Sequence record: MH517022.1
Reading direction: 5' to 3' (one strand)
Length of the DNA stretch: 64,000 bases
DNA from: Acinetobacter phage SH-Ab 15599
In this document: piece after piece, positions 46,645-55,497 of the stretch
Layout: each line of letters opens with the position of its first letter
Position numbering within the stretch: position 1 is the stretch's first letter
The notes under the pieces: generated by a model
Told to the model about the DNA's origin: nothing
Database searches by the model: none
The model's input: the letters and a program-made list of their open reading frames with translations, nothing else
Translations under genes and position numbers: made by a program

Positions 46645-47444
46645 TGAACTTTTTAAGAAATTTTAACCCAATCAAAATTGGTGCATATGCCATCGTAGCA
46701 GTAATTGGTCTGGTAGTTCTACTGTCTTCATTTTATACAGTACCTACGGGCCATAAGGGGATTGTTTTACAGTTCAATGAAGTGAGTGATATTACGGATC
46801 CAGGGTTGAACTTTAAAATTCCATTTGTTCAAAGTGTTGTGAAGGTTGATACCCGTACAAATCGCACTGAAGAAGAAATCAGCGCAAACACTTCTGATAT
46901 GCAACGCGCAACTACCAGAATTGTAGTCAACTATCACTTGAACCCTCAAGCTGTGAAGAAGATTTATTCTGAAACGGGTCTTGATGTTGAAACTCGTATC
47001 ATTGCGCCGCGTATCTTAGATGTAACCAAGAACGCATTTACCAAATACAACTCTCAACAATTGGCAAACGGTCGTGATGCTCTACGTCAAATCATTATTG
47101 AGCGCCTACGCCCTAATCTGTTGAAGTATGGTATCATTGTTGAAGACGTTCAGTTGACCGACATCACATTCTCAGACAAGTTCTACGAAGCAATTGAAGC
47201 TAAGCAAATTGCTGAACAGTCTGCTCTGAAAGCTGAAAATGACTTGAAGCGAATCAAGGTGGAAGGCGAACAACGAGTGGTATCTGCTAAGGCTGAAGCC
47301 GAGTCTATCAAAATTCAGGCTGAAGCTATCAAAGCCAACGGCGGCGAAGAATATGTTCGTTTGACTGCTATCAAGAAGTGGGATGGACGTTTGCCAACAA
47401 CTATGGTTCCAGGAACTGCAACTCCTATGGTTCACTTGAAATAA
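46644..47444 (+). CDS. SPFH/band-7 (prohibitin/HflC-like) membrane protein
   Basis: An N-terminal TM helix is followed by TVPTGHKGIVLQFN...GLNFKIPFVQSV, the PHB domain start, and a C-terminal coiled coil. Confidence 0.7.
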   Translation: MNFLRNFNPIKIGAYAIVAVIGLVVLLSSFYTVPTGHKGIVLQFNEVSDITDPGLNFKIPFVQSVVKVDTRTNRTEEEISANTSDMQRATTRIVVNYHLNPQAVKKIYSETGLDVETRIIAPRILDVTKNAFTKYNSQQLANGRDALRQIIIERLRPNLLKYGIIVEDVQLTDITFSDKFYEAIEAKQIAEQSALKAENDLKRIKVEGEQRVVSAKAEAESIKIQAEAIKANGGEEYVRLTAIKKWDGRLPTTMVPGTATPMVHLK

Positions 47445-47455
47445 GGTAGTAGACA

Positions 47456-47878
47456 ATGAAAGCATATGTAGCATTACCTGTAATTGTTCAAGCGGAACTT
47501 TGTACACTTGGACAATACAATGATTTACGCGGTTGGACAATGCCGGAAGGTGAAGACCGTACTGCCGAAGGTTATATGGTTGTAGATGCATCACAACCTT
47601 CAAATACTGACTTACATGTTGGTCATGTGACTTGGGTTCCAGCTGATAAGTTTGAAGCGAGTAATCTTATTCTTGATGCTCCAAGTGGTTTACCTCCTCA
47701 TTTGTTACGCGTTGTTGGTGAAGCGGCTATTCTTGAACTCAATCGAGATAAGTTACACAACTTCTTATCTGATGAAACCAAGTTTAAATTAGTTCCAGAA
47801 CCGCAAATCACTCTTATGCGTCAACAGAGTCATCTCCAATACCGTTTGTTGGACGTTCTGAAAGAACGTTTGAAATAA
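47456..47878 (+). CDS. hypothetical protein (140 aa)
   Basis: ORF. Confidence 0.4.
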   Translation: MKAYVALPVIVQAELCTLGQYNDLRGWTMPEGEDRTAEGYMVVDASQPSNTDLHVGHVTWVPADKFEASNLILDAPSGLPPHLLRVVGEAAILELNRDKLHNFLSDETKFKLVPEPQITLMRQQSHLQYRLLDVLKERLK

Positions 47879-47896
47879 AATATAATGGTAAACATG

Positions 47897-47920
47897 AGCC
47901 TCCTTCGGGAGGCTTTCTTG
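47897..47920 (+). terminator. rho-independent terminator AGCCTCC-TTCG-GGAGGCT followed by TTTCTTG
   Basis: A near-identical copy sits at 55476-55497. Confidence 0.65.
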
Positions 47921-47954
47921 TGTTAATAATTCAGATAAACATTCGGACAGTAAG

Positions 47955-48146
47955 ATGACTATATTTGTAATGATGATTACATTCGCCTTGACTTTGGTAA
48001 CAATGATTGAGAAAACAGACATTCCAAAGTTTGCAGCTGTTATCATTGCAGCCATCTTCTCAGTCTGTGCAGCTATCATATTGAATTTTATAAATCTTAG
48101 TGTTTTATTTTATGATATCTTCAGCATTTTGGAGACGCACAAATGA
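47955..48146 (+). CDS. small membrane protein (63 aa, 2 TM)
   Basis: An ORF with a hydrophobic sequence. Confidence 0.3.
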   Translation: MTIFVMMITFALTLVTMIEKTDIPKFAAVIIAAIFSVCAAIILNFINLSVLFYDIFSILETHK

Positions 48147-48598
48147 CAGAACCAACCAAACAAGATATTGTTAAAGCACACCCTAATTTTCAACAAGAAC
48201 GAGTAAAACTGGGCAAAGTGATTATAGACACTTGCGAAGGGGAACATATCTATAATCATTTGTACATTAAATTGGGATTAGAAAAAGTTGAAGTTTCATT
48301 AAACCCTACTGATCCAAGAGTGCAAGACCGTCTTAAAACTGCATCATTGTTAGCCAGTACTTGTGCAGATGTAAAGACTTCAGCTCTCTTGACAATACGA
48401 GAGATGGCTAATCACTTGCCTATTGATATGGATTTGATAGATGATGTCTATTTTACTGCATTTGAACAACAGAAGTGCATTTGCTTGGTATTAGACAGAG
48501 GGATAGCTCTGATTGATACAGTTCTATCCCTAGATATGCTTACGCGCCATTTGTATGAGAAATTAATGTCTGAATTATCTCTCTTCGTGAAACCTTAG
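48143..48598 (+). CDS. hypothetical protein (151 aa)
   Basis: ORF. Confidence 0.4.
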   Translation: MTEPTKQDIVKAHPNFQQERVKLGKVIIDTCEGEHIYNHLYIKLGLEKVEVSLNPTDPRVQDRLKTASLLASTCADVKTSALLTIREMANHLPIDMDLIDDVYFTAFEQQKCICLVLDRGIALIDTVLSLDMLTRHLYEKLMSELSLFVKP

Positions 48599-48836
48599 CT
48601 TCAAGAATCTTTTGATAAGCCTCTTCATCAACTTTCAAAATTTCTTCTAATTCAACAAGAAAATCTGCCACGAGAGCTATTCCACTAGGAGTTGTTCTCG
48701 TTACGCGTTCTCCTACTTTCAGACCAACGTACATTCCATTATAACTAACAATGGTTCCTACGCTTCCGTACAGCTTATCGCCTTGGGTTGATACCAAAAC
48801 GCCTATACGCCCGACCTTTATGTTCTTATCAATCAT
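48540..48836 (-). CDS. hypothetical protein (about 98 aa from the internal ATG)
   Basis: ORF on the opposite strand, convergent with the 48143-48598 ORF. Confidence 0.3.
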   Translation of the reverse strand: MIDKNIKVGRIGVLVSTQGDKLYGSVGTIVSYNGMYVGLKVGERVTRTTPSGIALVADFLVELEEILKVDEEAYQKILEAKVSRREIIQTLISHTNGA

Positions 48837-48921
48837 GATAAACTCCAAAGTTGATTTTAAGGTCAACAGATTTACTCTATTATAATTTACTCATTATTTC
48901 TAGACTACAAATAGGTGTGTA

Positions 48922-49494
48922 ATGGAAAAGTCTTATGAACAAGTGTTGAAGGTCATTGAGGCTGCTACTATCAGCGATATGACTATGGTCAATGCTGGGC
49001 TTATGGGGTTAAATTCAACTCAATTGACGATGGGCACTGTTAATCTCATTGAAGCGAAATACGATATTGACAACGGTCTATTTGAGACGCATGGCAAAGA
49101 TATAACAATGGTTTTGTTACAGGGAGAAGCTGAGATTCAATATGCTATCCCAAGTTTCAAATCTGAAGAAAGTAATGTAATTTACGCCAAAGCATGGAAG
49201 TCTAAATCGGAACCTAACAAATTAACGTATAAAACAGATAACCCTCTTTCATGCGATGAGTATAAGATTGAAAAATACGAACTTCAAACCGCTCAATGGG
49301 CTGTGATTCATAATGAAGTATTTCGTCGTTTGATTATCAAACGCGGTTCAAAATTAGTTGTATTTGAAGGGGAATACTCTAATCGAGATTTCACTTACGC
49401 TTTGTTCCAAGTGGCTGACAACGGGAAAGCTTACAACCCATTAGATGTAACAAACTTTTATGAACATAAAACAGAACCAAAATTCAAGGAGTAA
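48922..49494 (+). CDS. hypothetical protein (190 aa)
   Basis: ORF. Confidence 0.45.
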   Translation: MEKSYEQVLKVIEAATISDMTMVNAGLMGLNSTQLTMGTVNLIEAKYDIDNGLFETHGKDITMVLLQGEAEIQYAIPSFKSEESNVIYAKAWKSKSEPNKLTYKTDNPLSCDEYKIEKYELQTAQWAVIHNEVFRRLIIKRGSKLVVFEGEYSNRDFTYALFQVADNGKAYNPLDVTNFYEHKTEPKFKE

Positions 49495-49497
49495 CAA

Positions 49498-50175
49498 ATG
49501 AAGATTTTAGGTGCACTTGACGTAATGAAGAATGCAACAGCTAATGAGACATTCTTGTTGAATTTCGGAGCTGTTGGTTTAGACAAATGTTTAAAAAACA
49601 AGGGAGAAACATTCTTCCTTGAAGCAAAGTATGAAACAGAACTTCCAAACCCAATCAGTTACAGTTGTAACTTGATTATGTTTGTTATGTCTGGTTCTAT
49701 TATTATGCACAAGTATAACTCAATAGACGCTCTACAATTTGATGACACTAGTGATAAGAACGTCAGATTCATTGAAGAACCTGTGAACCCAGATATGTCT
49801 CCTAAACGAGATTTGGCTGTCTTGAACGCGCCGTCACATTGGGAAATTTCTGAATCTGAAGTTTGGGAAGTTGGTTCTTGGCATTTCTTAAACAAATTTG
49901 ATTTCCACTCTTTCCGTATGTCAAAGGGTACGAAAATTCTTTGTATTACAGATGATTTCAATATCGTTCCAACTGATGCTCTTTTCAAAGTTGGACGCGG
50001 CGGCGAACCTATCATTCCAAATGATAAATCTTTCTTGAATAAGCATTTTGCGCCCCCGCAACAACCTAGAGCTAACTTCACAGTTGATAAGACCTCAAAG
50101 CATTCTGAAGATGCAGCTCTTTTTTCTTCGGATTCATCACTTCCTAAAGCGGGCAGCGCCCCAACGAAGAAATAA
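49498..50175 (+). CDS. hypothetical protein (225 aa)
   Basis: ORF. Confidence 0.45.
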   Translation: MKILGALDVMKNATANETFLLNFGAVGLDKCLKNKGETFFLEAKYETELPNPISYSCNLIMFVMSGSIIMHKYNSIDALQFDDTSDKNVRFIEEPVNPDMSPKRDLAVLNAPSHWEISESEVWEVGSWHFLNKFDFHSFRMSKGTKILCITDDFNIVPTDALFKVGRGGEPIIPNDKSFLNKHFAPPQQPRANFTVDKTSKHSEDAALFSSDSSLPKAGSAPTKK

Positions 50176-50346
50176 GGAGGAGAAACTTGAATAGCGTTCA
50201 ATTTACGGCGGTGCTTTTGATAGTATCCACAATATTTTTAACAAGCGACTATGCTCCTAATACATTATCCAAGTTGGGATTCGGCGTTTGTTTTGTATGT
50301 TTCTTCATTGCTTATAAGTTGCAAAAAAGAAACCAACAGTGAGTTT

Positions 50347-50604
50347 ATGTTTATGTTAGAACTATCAAATGAAGATATAAAGTTAGTGGAACAGGCTGGG
50401 TTTGAAGTTAGAATTGCAGCTGAACTCAATTACTATGAAGGTGGTATTGAAACTTTACCCAGATTGAACAGCGCCAGAGTTGAAGTGTTTATTAGATCAG
50501 CTCAATCTAACGGGGTTACTGGTACTATTCATCCAGTTGATATTGTAATCCCTACAGATAAGATTGTTGCTCTAATACGTTTGGCCAGAGGTCAACCAGT
50601 ATAA
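50347..50604 (+). CDS. small hypothetical protein (about 85 aa; start uncertain)
   Basis: An ORF with an internal ATG pair and a weak SD. Its longer form would start at 50251. Confidence 0.3.
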   Translation: MFMLELSNEDIKLVEQAGFEVRIAAELNYYEGGIETLPRLNSARVEVFIRSAQSNGVTGTIHPVDIVIPTDKIVALIRLARGQPV

Positions 50605-50745
50605 CCTTCAAATTCAAGAATGACTCCTTTATGGGGTCATTTTTATTTCTTAAAATAAATTAAAAATATTTATTTGATTTTAAGGGTTATTTTCGTTAAT
50701 GCTATATAATAGCTCTCATGAAACAAGTATGAAGATATTTGTAAT

Positions 50746-50822
50746 GCGCTTGTAGCTCAGTTGGATAGAGCATCCGCCTTCTAAGCGGATGGTCACAGGT
50801 TCGAGTCCTGTCAGGCGCGCCA
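50746..50822 (+). tRNA. tRNA-Arg (anticodon UCU), CCA encoded
   Basis: A manual fold gives a full cloverleaf: acceptor GCGCTTG/CAGGCGC, D-loop AGTTGGATA, anticodon loop CTTCTAA, T-loop TTCGAGT. Confidence 0.9.
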
Positions 50823-50840
50823 ATTTATGAGGTTGTTGTC

Positions 50841-51293
50841 GTGGTTAAGATTACTAACAATGTTGTTATTGACAGTAATGGTTGTTGGATTTGGAACAAA
50901 TCCTTTTCTAGTAACGGATATGGTCAGTTGACTGTAGATAAGCGTTACTGGTTGGCTCACCGTTACTCTTACACGATGTCTAAGGGAGAGATTCCAGCCG
51001 ACAACGTCGTAAGACACAAGTGTCATAACAAGAAGTGTTGTAATCCAGAACACCTTGAAGTTGGTACTCAAGCTGAGAACTGGCAAGACTCTAAAGAAGT
51101 TCATTTGAACAATGCCAAGAACAGACGCAAGCAATGGTCTATCAATGGTAAGTCTTTTGATACTCTTATGGAGGCTCAACGTTCTTCAGGTGTACCAGCT
51201 AAGACAATAGCAAAATATACCGTAAGAGGCGTATTTGATTTAGAGCGTTACAGACAAAGTTGCGCTAGAATAAAACGCGAACCAAAGATTTGA
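50841..51293 (+). CDS. HNH homing endonuclease (HNH_3-type) embedded in the tRNA cluster
   Basis: NGCWIWNKSFSSNGYGQLTV...RYWLAHRYSY...RHKCHNKKCCNPEHLEVGTQAEN. The start is GTG, with GAGG 8 nt upstream. Confidence 0.8.
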   Translation: MVKITNNVVIDSNGCWIWNKSFSSNGYGQLTVDKRYWLAHRYSYTMSKGEIPADNVVRHKCHNKKCCNPEHLEVGTQAENWQDSKEVHLNNAKNRRKQWSINGKSFDTLMEAQRSSGVPAKTIAKYTVRGVFDLERYRQSCARIKREPKI

Positions 51294-51531
51294 TTCGCAC
51301 GGTGAGTGAACTTGTAAACGGTTGAAGCCCCAGATGTGCGGTGGATACGTGAGCTGAAATTGTCTTGAGTAAGCTCTGAGGGACTAGACAAACCTCTCAG
51401 TCAGAAGTTCATTCAACCATGCGAAAGCAATAGACAGAGAACCGATTTGTTCCTTCTCTGGTGCGCGATTAGCATTGACGCGGTGGATGTCTATAAAGCC
51501 ACATCACTTTCTTATGTATGTAAGAGGTGAT

Positions 51532-51607
51532 TCCCTAGTAGCTCAGTTGGTAGAGCGACGGACTGTTAATCCGTGGGTCGCTGGTTCGAGTCCAGCCTAG
51601 GGAGCCA
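51532..51607 (+). tRNA. tRNA-Asn (anticodon GUU), CCA encoded
   Basis: Cloverleaf: acceptor TCCCTAG/CTAGGGA, anticodon loop CTGTTAA, T-loop TTCGAGT. Confidence 0.9.
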
Positions 51608-52152
51608 GATTCAAGACAGTAGCCCGAGAGGGTTATGAGGTGGCTGAGAGAGTGAGCACAAATTGTAAGTACGCATGGTTTGCGAACCACTTGACTTCTA
51701 GGAAGATAGCTAGATGACTGCTGGAAAGACAGCAACCAGATTCTGACTGAATCCATATCGCGGTTGCAGGAAATACCACATGAAATGGTGGCGCGAGACA
51801 CTAACAGTAGACTAATCAGTTGTAAATTCTATTCCCTGAAAGGCTGTCTAATAGGGTATAAACTAACAGCAAAGATGTTTGGATAGGTCAAATAGCAGGT
51901 ACGTCTATGCTTCCTGCTTAAAACTCAATAGGATAGGTTATGACAAACAACGGGTTTTGTTAGGATGATAACCTTGTAACTGCTCCGGCAAGTGCAGAAC
52001 AATCAAAGAATTTAAGAATAAGGCTGTTGAAGGGCAGCCACCTCTAGCTATCTTTCAGGGTAGTCATGAGAATGATAGTGTAAAGGTCTTTGCTGAAGAT
52101 TCACCTTTACATGAAAGGTCTCAGGAGCCGAGAGTTAAACAAACCCTTCATT

Positions 52153-52226
52153 CCCTGGCTGGTGTAACAGGTAGCACAATGATCTTTCAGATCATGGTTT
52201 AGGTTCGAATCCTAGGCTCGGGGCCA
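52153..52226 (+). tRNA. probable tRNA-Glu (anticodon UUC), CCA encoded
   Basis: U8, A14, G18G19 and a TTCGAAT T-loop are all present. The anticodon stem is ATGAT/ATCAT with loop CTTTCAG. There is one acceptor mismatch and a short variable loop. Confidence 0.55.
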
Positions 52227-52342
52227 TTTCGAAAGCCAATTGTAAAGCACTTATCAAATACAAAGATCGCAACTTTGGGTGGATGAGGAAGGTGCTTCAA
52301 ACTCCGAAAGGATACCTCGCCAAATCACAGTTGGCTTTCGAA
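52227..52342 (+). ncRNA. candidate small structured RNA directly 3' of the tRNA, with a 17-bp closing stem (reminiscent of the T4 tRNA-region stable RNAs C and D)
   Basis: TTTCGAAAGCCAATTGT at 52227-52243 pairs with ACAGTTGGCTTTCGAAA at 52326-52342 (16 Watson-Crick pairs plus 1 G-U). Nested inner stems such as AAGCACT/GGTGCTT lie within. Confidence 0.35.
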
Positions 52343-52444
52343 ATTGCTGCTAATAACAAATAAAATAATAATTTGAAATACTCACTCCTCTCTAAACTAC
52401 ATTATACTTCCTTCATACAAACTATCTCTCAATGGAGAAATGTA

Positions 52445-52780
52445 ATGAAGCTGTGTAAAATCAATAATGCCTTTGAACAAGGCGAAGAAAACAACTACCT
52501 CTCTCAAGATGATATCAATGAATATCGTACTCACCCTGTCTTCAATGAACTGTACGAAAAGGTTATTGGGGATAAACCTCTTGCGCTCTTAGGGCCAGAT
52601 GAAGATTTTGAAGATTCAATCTTCCCTTGTGATCTCCCTTCTTTGGCTCTACGCTATAAAGATGCTTCTGTTGGTAATCTTACAATGGGCGATATCTATC
52701 ACGGCGTAGTGGATGGAGTAGAGTGTTTCGGTATGCACTGGGACTATACAGGCTTGTTATTGTTCGCGGCAGGGGAATGA
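52445..52780 (+). CDS. hypothetical protein (111 aa)
   Basis: GGAG lies 8 nt upstream of ATG (MKLCKINN). Confidence 0.4.
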   Translation: MKLCKINNAFEQGEENNYLSQDDINEYRTHPVFNELYEKVIGDKPLALLGPDEDFEDSIFPCDLPSLALRYKDASVGNLTMGDIYHGVVDGVECFGMHWDYTGLLLFAAGE

Positions 52781-52781
52781 T

Positions 52782-53252
52782 ATGGAATATATCATTATTG
52801 CTATCATTTCTATAGCATTTGGGTACTGGATTGGTTTACGCAATGGAGTAGCCAAAGGGGTAGAGTCAGTTGAATCATACTGGTTGCCTGATATAGTTAT
52901 GTCTGATATCAAAGGCGCTTCGGACATAACATTCCAAAACTTCATCCAAGATTTCTTTTCTGAATTTATCAGAATTTGTAATTCAAACGGCGAAGTTGCC
53001 TTTGATGATATTAGTCTTGTACTCTCCGTATTTAAGGAGACGCATCCTATTTTCAAGAAATATGATTGTCTTAGACATACCGACAATTATTTGATCTATG
53101 AAGACAAATATCGTTCTATAGTCATAGGAACAGACGGCGATTTATTCAAGTTATATGAATTACGGGAAGGTATAACGGGAATAAATTATAGCCAAAAATA
53201 TCAAATGTTTGGTCTTTTTGACAAATCATTCAGCGGTGGAGGGATGTATTAA
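52782..53252 (+). CDS. hypothetical membrane-anchored protein, tandem paralog 1 (156 aa)
   Basis: An N-terminal TM helix. It shares VESYW(L/K)P...F(Q/H)NFI(Q/K)DFF(S/T)E(F/Y)I...HPIFKKY with the next ORF. Confidence 0.5.
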   Translation: MEYIIIAIISIAFGYWIGLRNGVAKGVESVESYWLPDIVMSDIKGASDITFQNFIQDFFSEFIRICNSNGEVAFDDISLVLSVFKETHPIFKKYDCLRHTDNYLIYEDKYRSIVIGTDGDLFKLYELREGITGINYSQKYQMFGLFDKSFSGGGMY

Positions 53253-53719
53253 TGGATATTTTAATGACATCAATTGGCGTAGGCGGTATAGTCTTAGGTT
53301 ACGTTTGTTACTTGTTCGGTCACTATTCTGGTTACAAATCTGGAATTGAGACTGTGGAATCTTATTGGAAACCAAATATAATTTTAGATGAAAATTTCCA
53401 AGGTGCGAAGACTCTCGAGTTTCATAATTTTATCAAAGACTTCTTCACAGAGTACATTACCCTCTGTGAAGAACAGGGTGTAAAGCCTTATGATCAGATT
53501 GGTCAAGTTCTCTCTGTATTTCACGATAACCACCCGATATTCAAGAAGTATAAACACCTCCACAGAATCAACGGAGTAATTTATTATGCTGACGATTTCC
53601 GTAAAATTGAATTCAAAGCAGACGGGGATGTATACAAATTATATGAAATTAAGAGCGATTCTGTGGGATACAGTTATAATTACAATTATTTCTATTTTGT
53701 ACAGTCTTTGGATTACTAA
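53252..53719 (+). CDS. hypothetical membrane-anchored protein, tandem paralog 2 (155 aa)
   Basis: Paralog of the 52782-53252 ORF. Its start overlaps the upstream stop. Confidence 0.5.
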   Translation: MDILMTSIGVGGIVLGYVCYLFGHYSGYKSGIETVESYWKPNIILDENFQGAKTLEFHNFIKDFFTEYITLCEEQGVKPYDQIGQVLSVFHDNHPIFKKYKHLHRINGVIYYADDFRKIEFKADGDVYKLYEIKSDSVGYSYNYNYFYFVQSLDY

Positions 53720-53720
53720 T

Positions 53721-54017
53721 ATGAAGAAGTTACAATTTTTATACATGTATTTGAAAGTATTCCCATTCTACTATTGGGCAACATTTTGGTTAATGCCAAG
53801 ATTGTATAAGAGTTACCCTCATGACTCCACAGTAGCAGTATATGAAGTGGAGGTTATCCGCTTCACTGAAATCTCTTCAGTTGTTGCTCACTCTCAGCGT
53901 ATGAGAAAGACTAAGAATGAAGCATACTTGAGAATGCGTCTTGCAGCCCTACAAATTGATTTTAGAACCCCAGCAATGTTCGGTATATCGTTCCGTTTAA
54001 GAAAGGTTGGAGAATAA
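53721..54017 (+). CDS. small hydrophobic protein (98 aa)
   Basis: ATG immediately after the upstream stop. MKKLQFLYMYLKVFPFYYWATFWLM is hydrophobic. Confidence 0.35.
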   Translation: MKKLQFLYMYLKVFPFYYWATFWLMPRLYKSYPHDSTVAVYEVEVIRFTEISSVVAHSQRMRKTKNEAYLRMRLAALQIDFRTPAMFGISFRLRKVGE

Positions 54018-54019
54018 AC

Positions 54020-54370
54020 ATGAAATACAAATTAGAAAGTGGAGAAGAAATCAGTGAGGGTCTTCTTGTGCCAGTACAATATGCAGAAGGGCCGAATGGA
54101 GGGCGTTATAATATTGACCTTGAAGCCTTTCAACACAAACGTTTCTTTGTTCTACTTAATGATAAGTTGAACGAATTACCTCTCGGAGAAGTAGTCGAGG
54201 TTAATGGGAACGGCGTATTTGCTCCTTGGAATCGTAAAGATTTACACTTCGTTGTTCATAATACCGAGTTTGGCCCGTCCATATTCAATTCTAAGGAACT
54301 GGCAACCAATCCGCATTTACATTTCTACATGCTCAATGATGAAGTAAATGTAGTCTTTGAGACCTTTTAA
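54020..54370 (+). CDS. hypothetical protein, tandem paralog 1 (116 aa)
   Basis: KYKLESGEEISEG...KRFFVLL is paralogous to the next ORF. Confidence 0.5.
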   Translation: MKYKLESGEEISEGLLVPVQYAEGPNGGRYNIDLEAFQHKRFFVLLNDKLNELPLGEVVEVNGNGVFAPWNRKDLHFVVHNTEFGPSIFNSKELATNPHLHFYMLNDEVNVVFETF

Positions 54371-54380
54371 GGGGACTGAT

Positions 54381-54719
54381 ATGTCAAAGTACAAGTTGAT
54401 AACTGGCGAAGAAATTGAAATGAACAATCTCACCGAAATCTCTTACATTGGAGGTTGGAGCGGAGGCTGCTATAATTTCAAAGTCAAAGAGTCTCTAGAC
54501 AAACGGTTCTTTGTATATGTTCTGAGCATTCATACTATTATGGAGTTGCCAAAACCTAAATTAGTTGAGATGACGGGCACAGATTATGATCACGGCCATA
54601 ACTACGCTTGGAAAAGAGATGATCTACAATTCAAGATCAGTACTCAATATGGGTTTGATTCTACATTTACGTTATATGATATTGTAACTCAATTCAAGCA
54701 GAAAGTTTGGATGATGTAA
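54381..54719 (+). CDS. hypothetical protein, tandem paralog 2 (112 aa)
   Basis: AAGGGGA lies upstream of ATG. It reads SKYKLITGEEIEMN...KRFFVYVL. Confidence 0.5.
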   Translation: MSKYKLITGEEIEMNNLTEISYIGGWSGGCYNFKVKESLDKRFFVYVLSIHTIMELPKPKLVEMTGTDYDHGHNYAWKRDDLQFKISTQYGFDSTFTLYDIVTQFKQKVWMM

Positions 54720-54737
54720 TATAGCCTTAAATGTATA

Positions 54738-54763
54738 AGTCTCCAAACGGAGGCTTTATTTTT
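54738..54763 (+). terminator. rho-independent terminator AAGTCTCC-AAAC-GGAGGCTT followed by a T-run
   Basis: Hairpin plus TTATTTTTAT. Confidence 0.6.
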
Positions 54764-54865
54764 ATAAATTTTCAAATTATTTTTCTTAAACCACTTTACT
54801 TCTCAAGTTGAAACCATTATATTAATACTCATTAACACACTATCTTACTCATCGGAGTACATCAA

Positions 54866-55456
54866 ATGACTACATTAACAACAAATCAAGAAAACGTTCT
54901 TTTGGCTCTTGCTAAAGACACTCAATTATTAACGCAGCCTTGGGTATCAACAGCTGAAATTGCTGAAGTTACGGGTCTCACTAAATTGGTTACATCTGGT
55001 CTTGTATGTTCAATGATCCACAAAGGTCTTTTGATTTCATTGAAACAAAAGAAATGGGATGGCTCAAGATACCAGTACACTGAAGAAGGTTTAGCTGCTA
55101 TTCAACACAAATTGACTCCAGTTCAAGAAAAACCTGCTAAACAAAGAACCAAATATGTTACATTTGCAGGTCAACGTATCACCGAGAACCAAGCTGCAGT
55201 AATCAAAGCCCTAGCATACAGTCAATATACACAGGCTAACGGCGCTCCAGAAACAGCGCAAAGCATTGATGAACTTAGCACTTGGTTATATGTAGATGAA
55301 ATTGCTAAAGAATGCGGTATGACCGTTAAAACGGCTAAGGCAGTGGTTGGAACATTAGTGAAATCTGGTTATTATACAGTTGCCGAAGATGAAGACAATA
55401 TTGCATGCCCAACTGAACTCGGTTTTGAGATCATCAAAGCAATGGTTCAAAAATAA
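54866..55456 (+). CDS. tandem winged-helix (MarR-like HTH) DNA-binding protein
   Basis: Two repeats of the pattern ENxxxxLxALA...(E/D)IAxxxG(L/M)T(K/V)...(S/T)GL(V/Y): residues ~8-50 and ~110-160. Confidence 0.45.
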   Translation: MTTLTTNQENVLLALAKDTQLLTQPWVSTAEIAEVTGLTKLVTSGLVCSMIHKGLLISLKQKKWDGSRYQYTEEGLAAIQHKLTPVQEKPAKQRTKYVTFAGQRITENQAAVIKALAYSQYTQANGAPETAQSIDELSTWLYVDEIAKECGMTVKTAKAVVGTLVKSGYYTVAEDEDNIACPTELGFEIIKAMVQK

Positions 55457-55475
55457 TTCAAATGAAATATACAGT

Positions 55476-55497
55476 CTCCTTCGGGAGGCTTTCTTGT
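55476..55497 (+). terminator. rho-independent terminator, a copy of the CTCCTTCGGGAGGCTTTCTTGT element
   Basis: Same hairpin as at 47897-47920, followed by TTTTT. Confidence 0.65.

Noticed and set aside
51535-51801. An 88-aa minus-strand ORF overlapping tRNA-Asn
   Set aside because: It overlaps a confidently folded tRNA and structured spacer and has no RBS. It is spurious.
52153-52226. Reading the third tRNA anticodon loop as TTTCAGA, giving a UCA anticodon (an opal suppressor or Trp-like tRNA)
   Set aside because: That register leaves no complementary 3' strand for the anticodon stem. Only ATGAT/ATCAT with loop CTTTCAG (anticodon UUC) folds.
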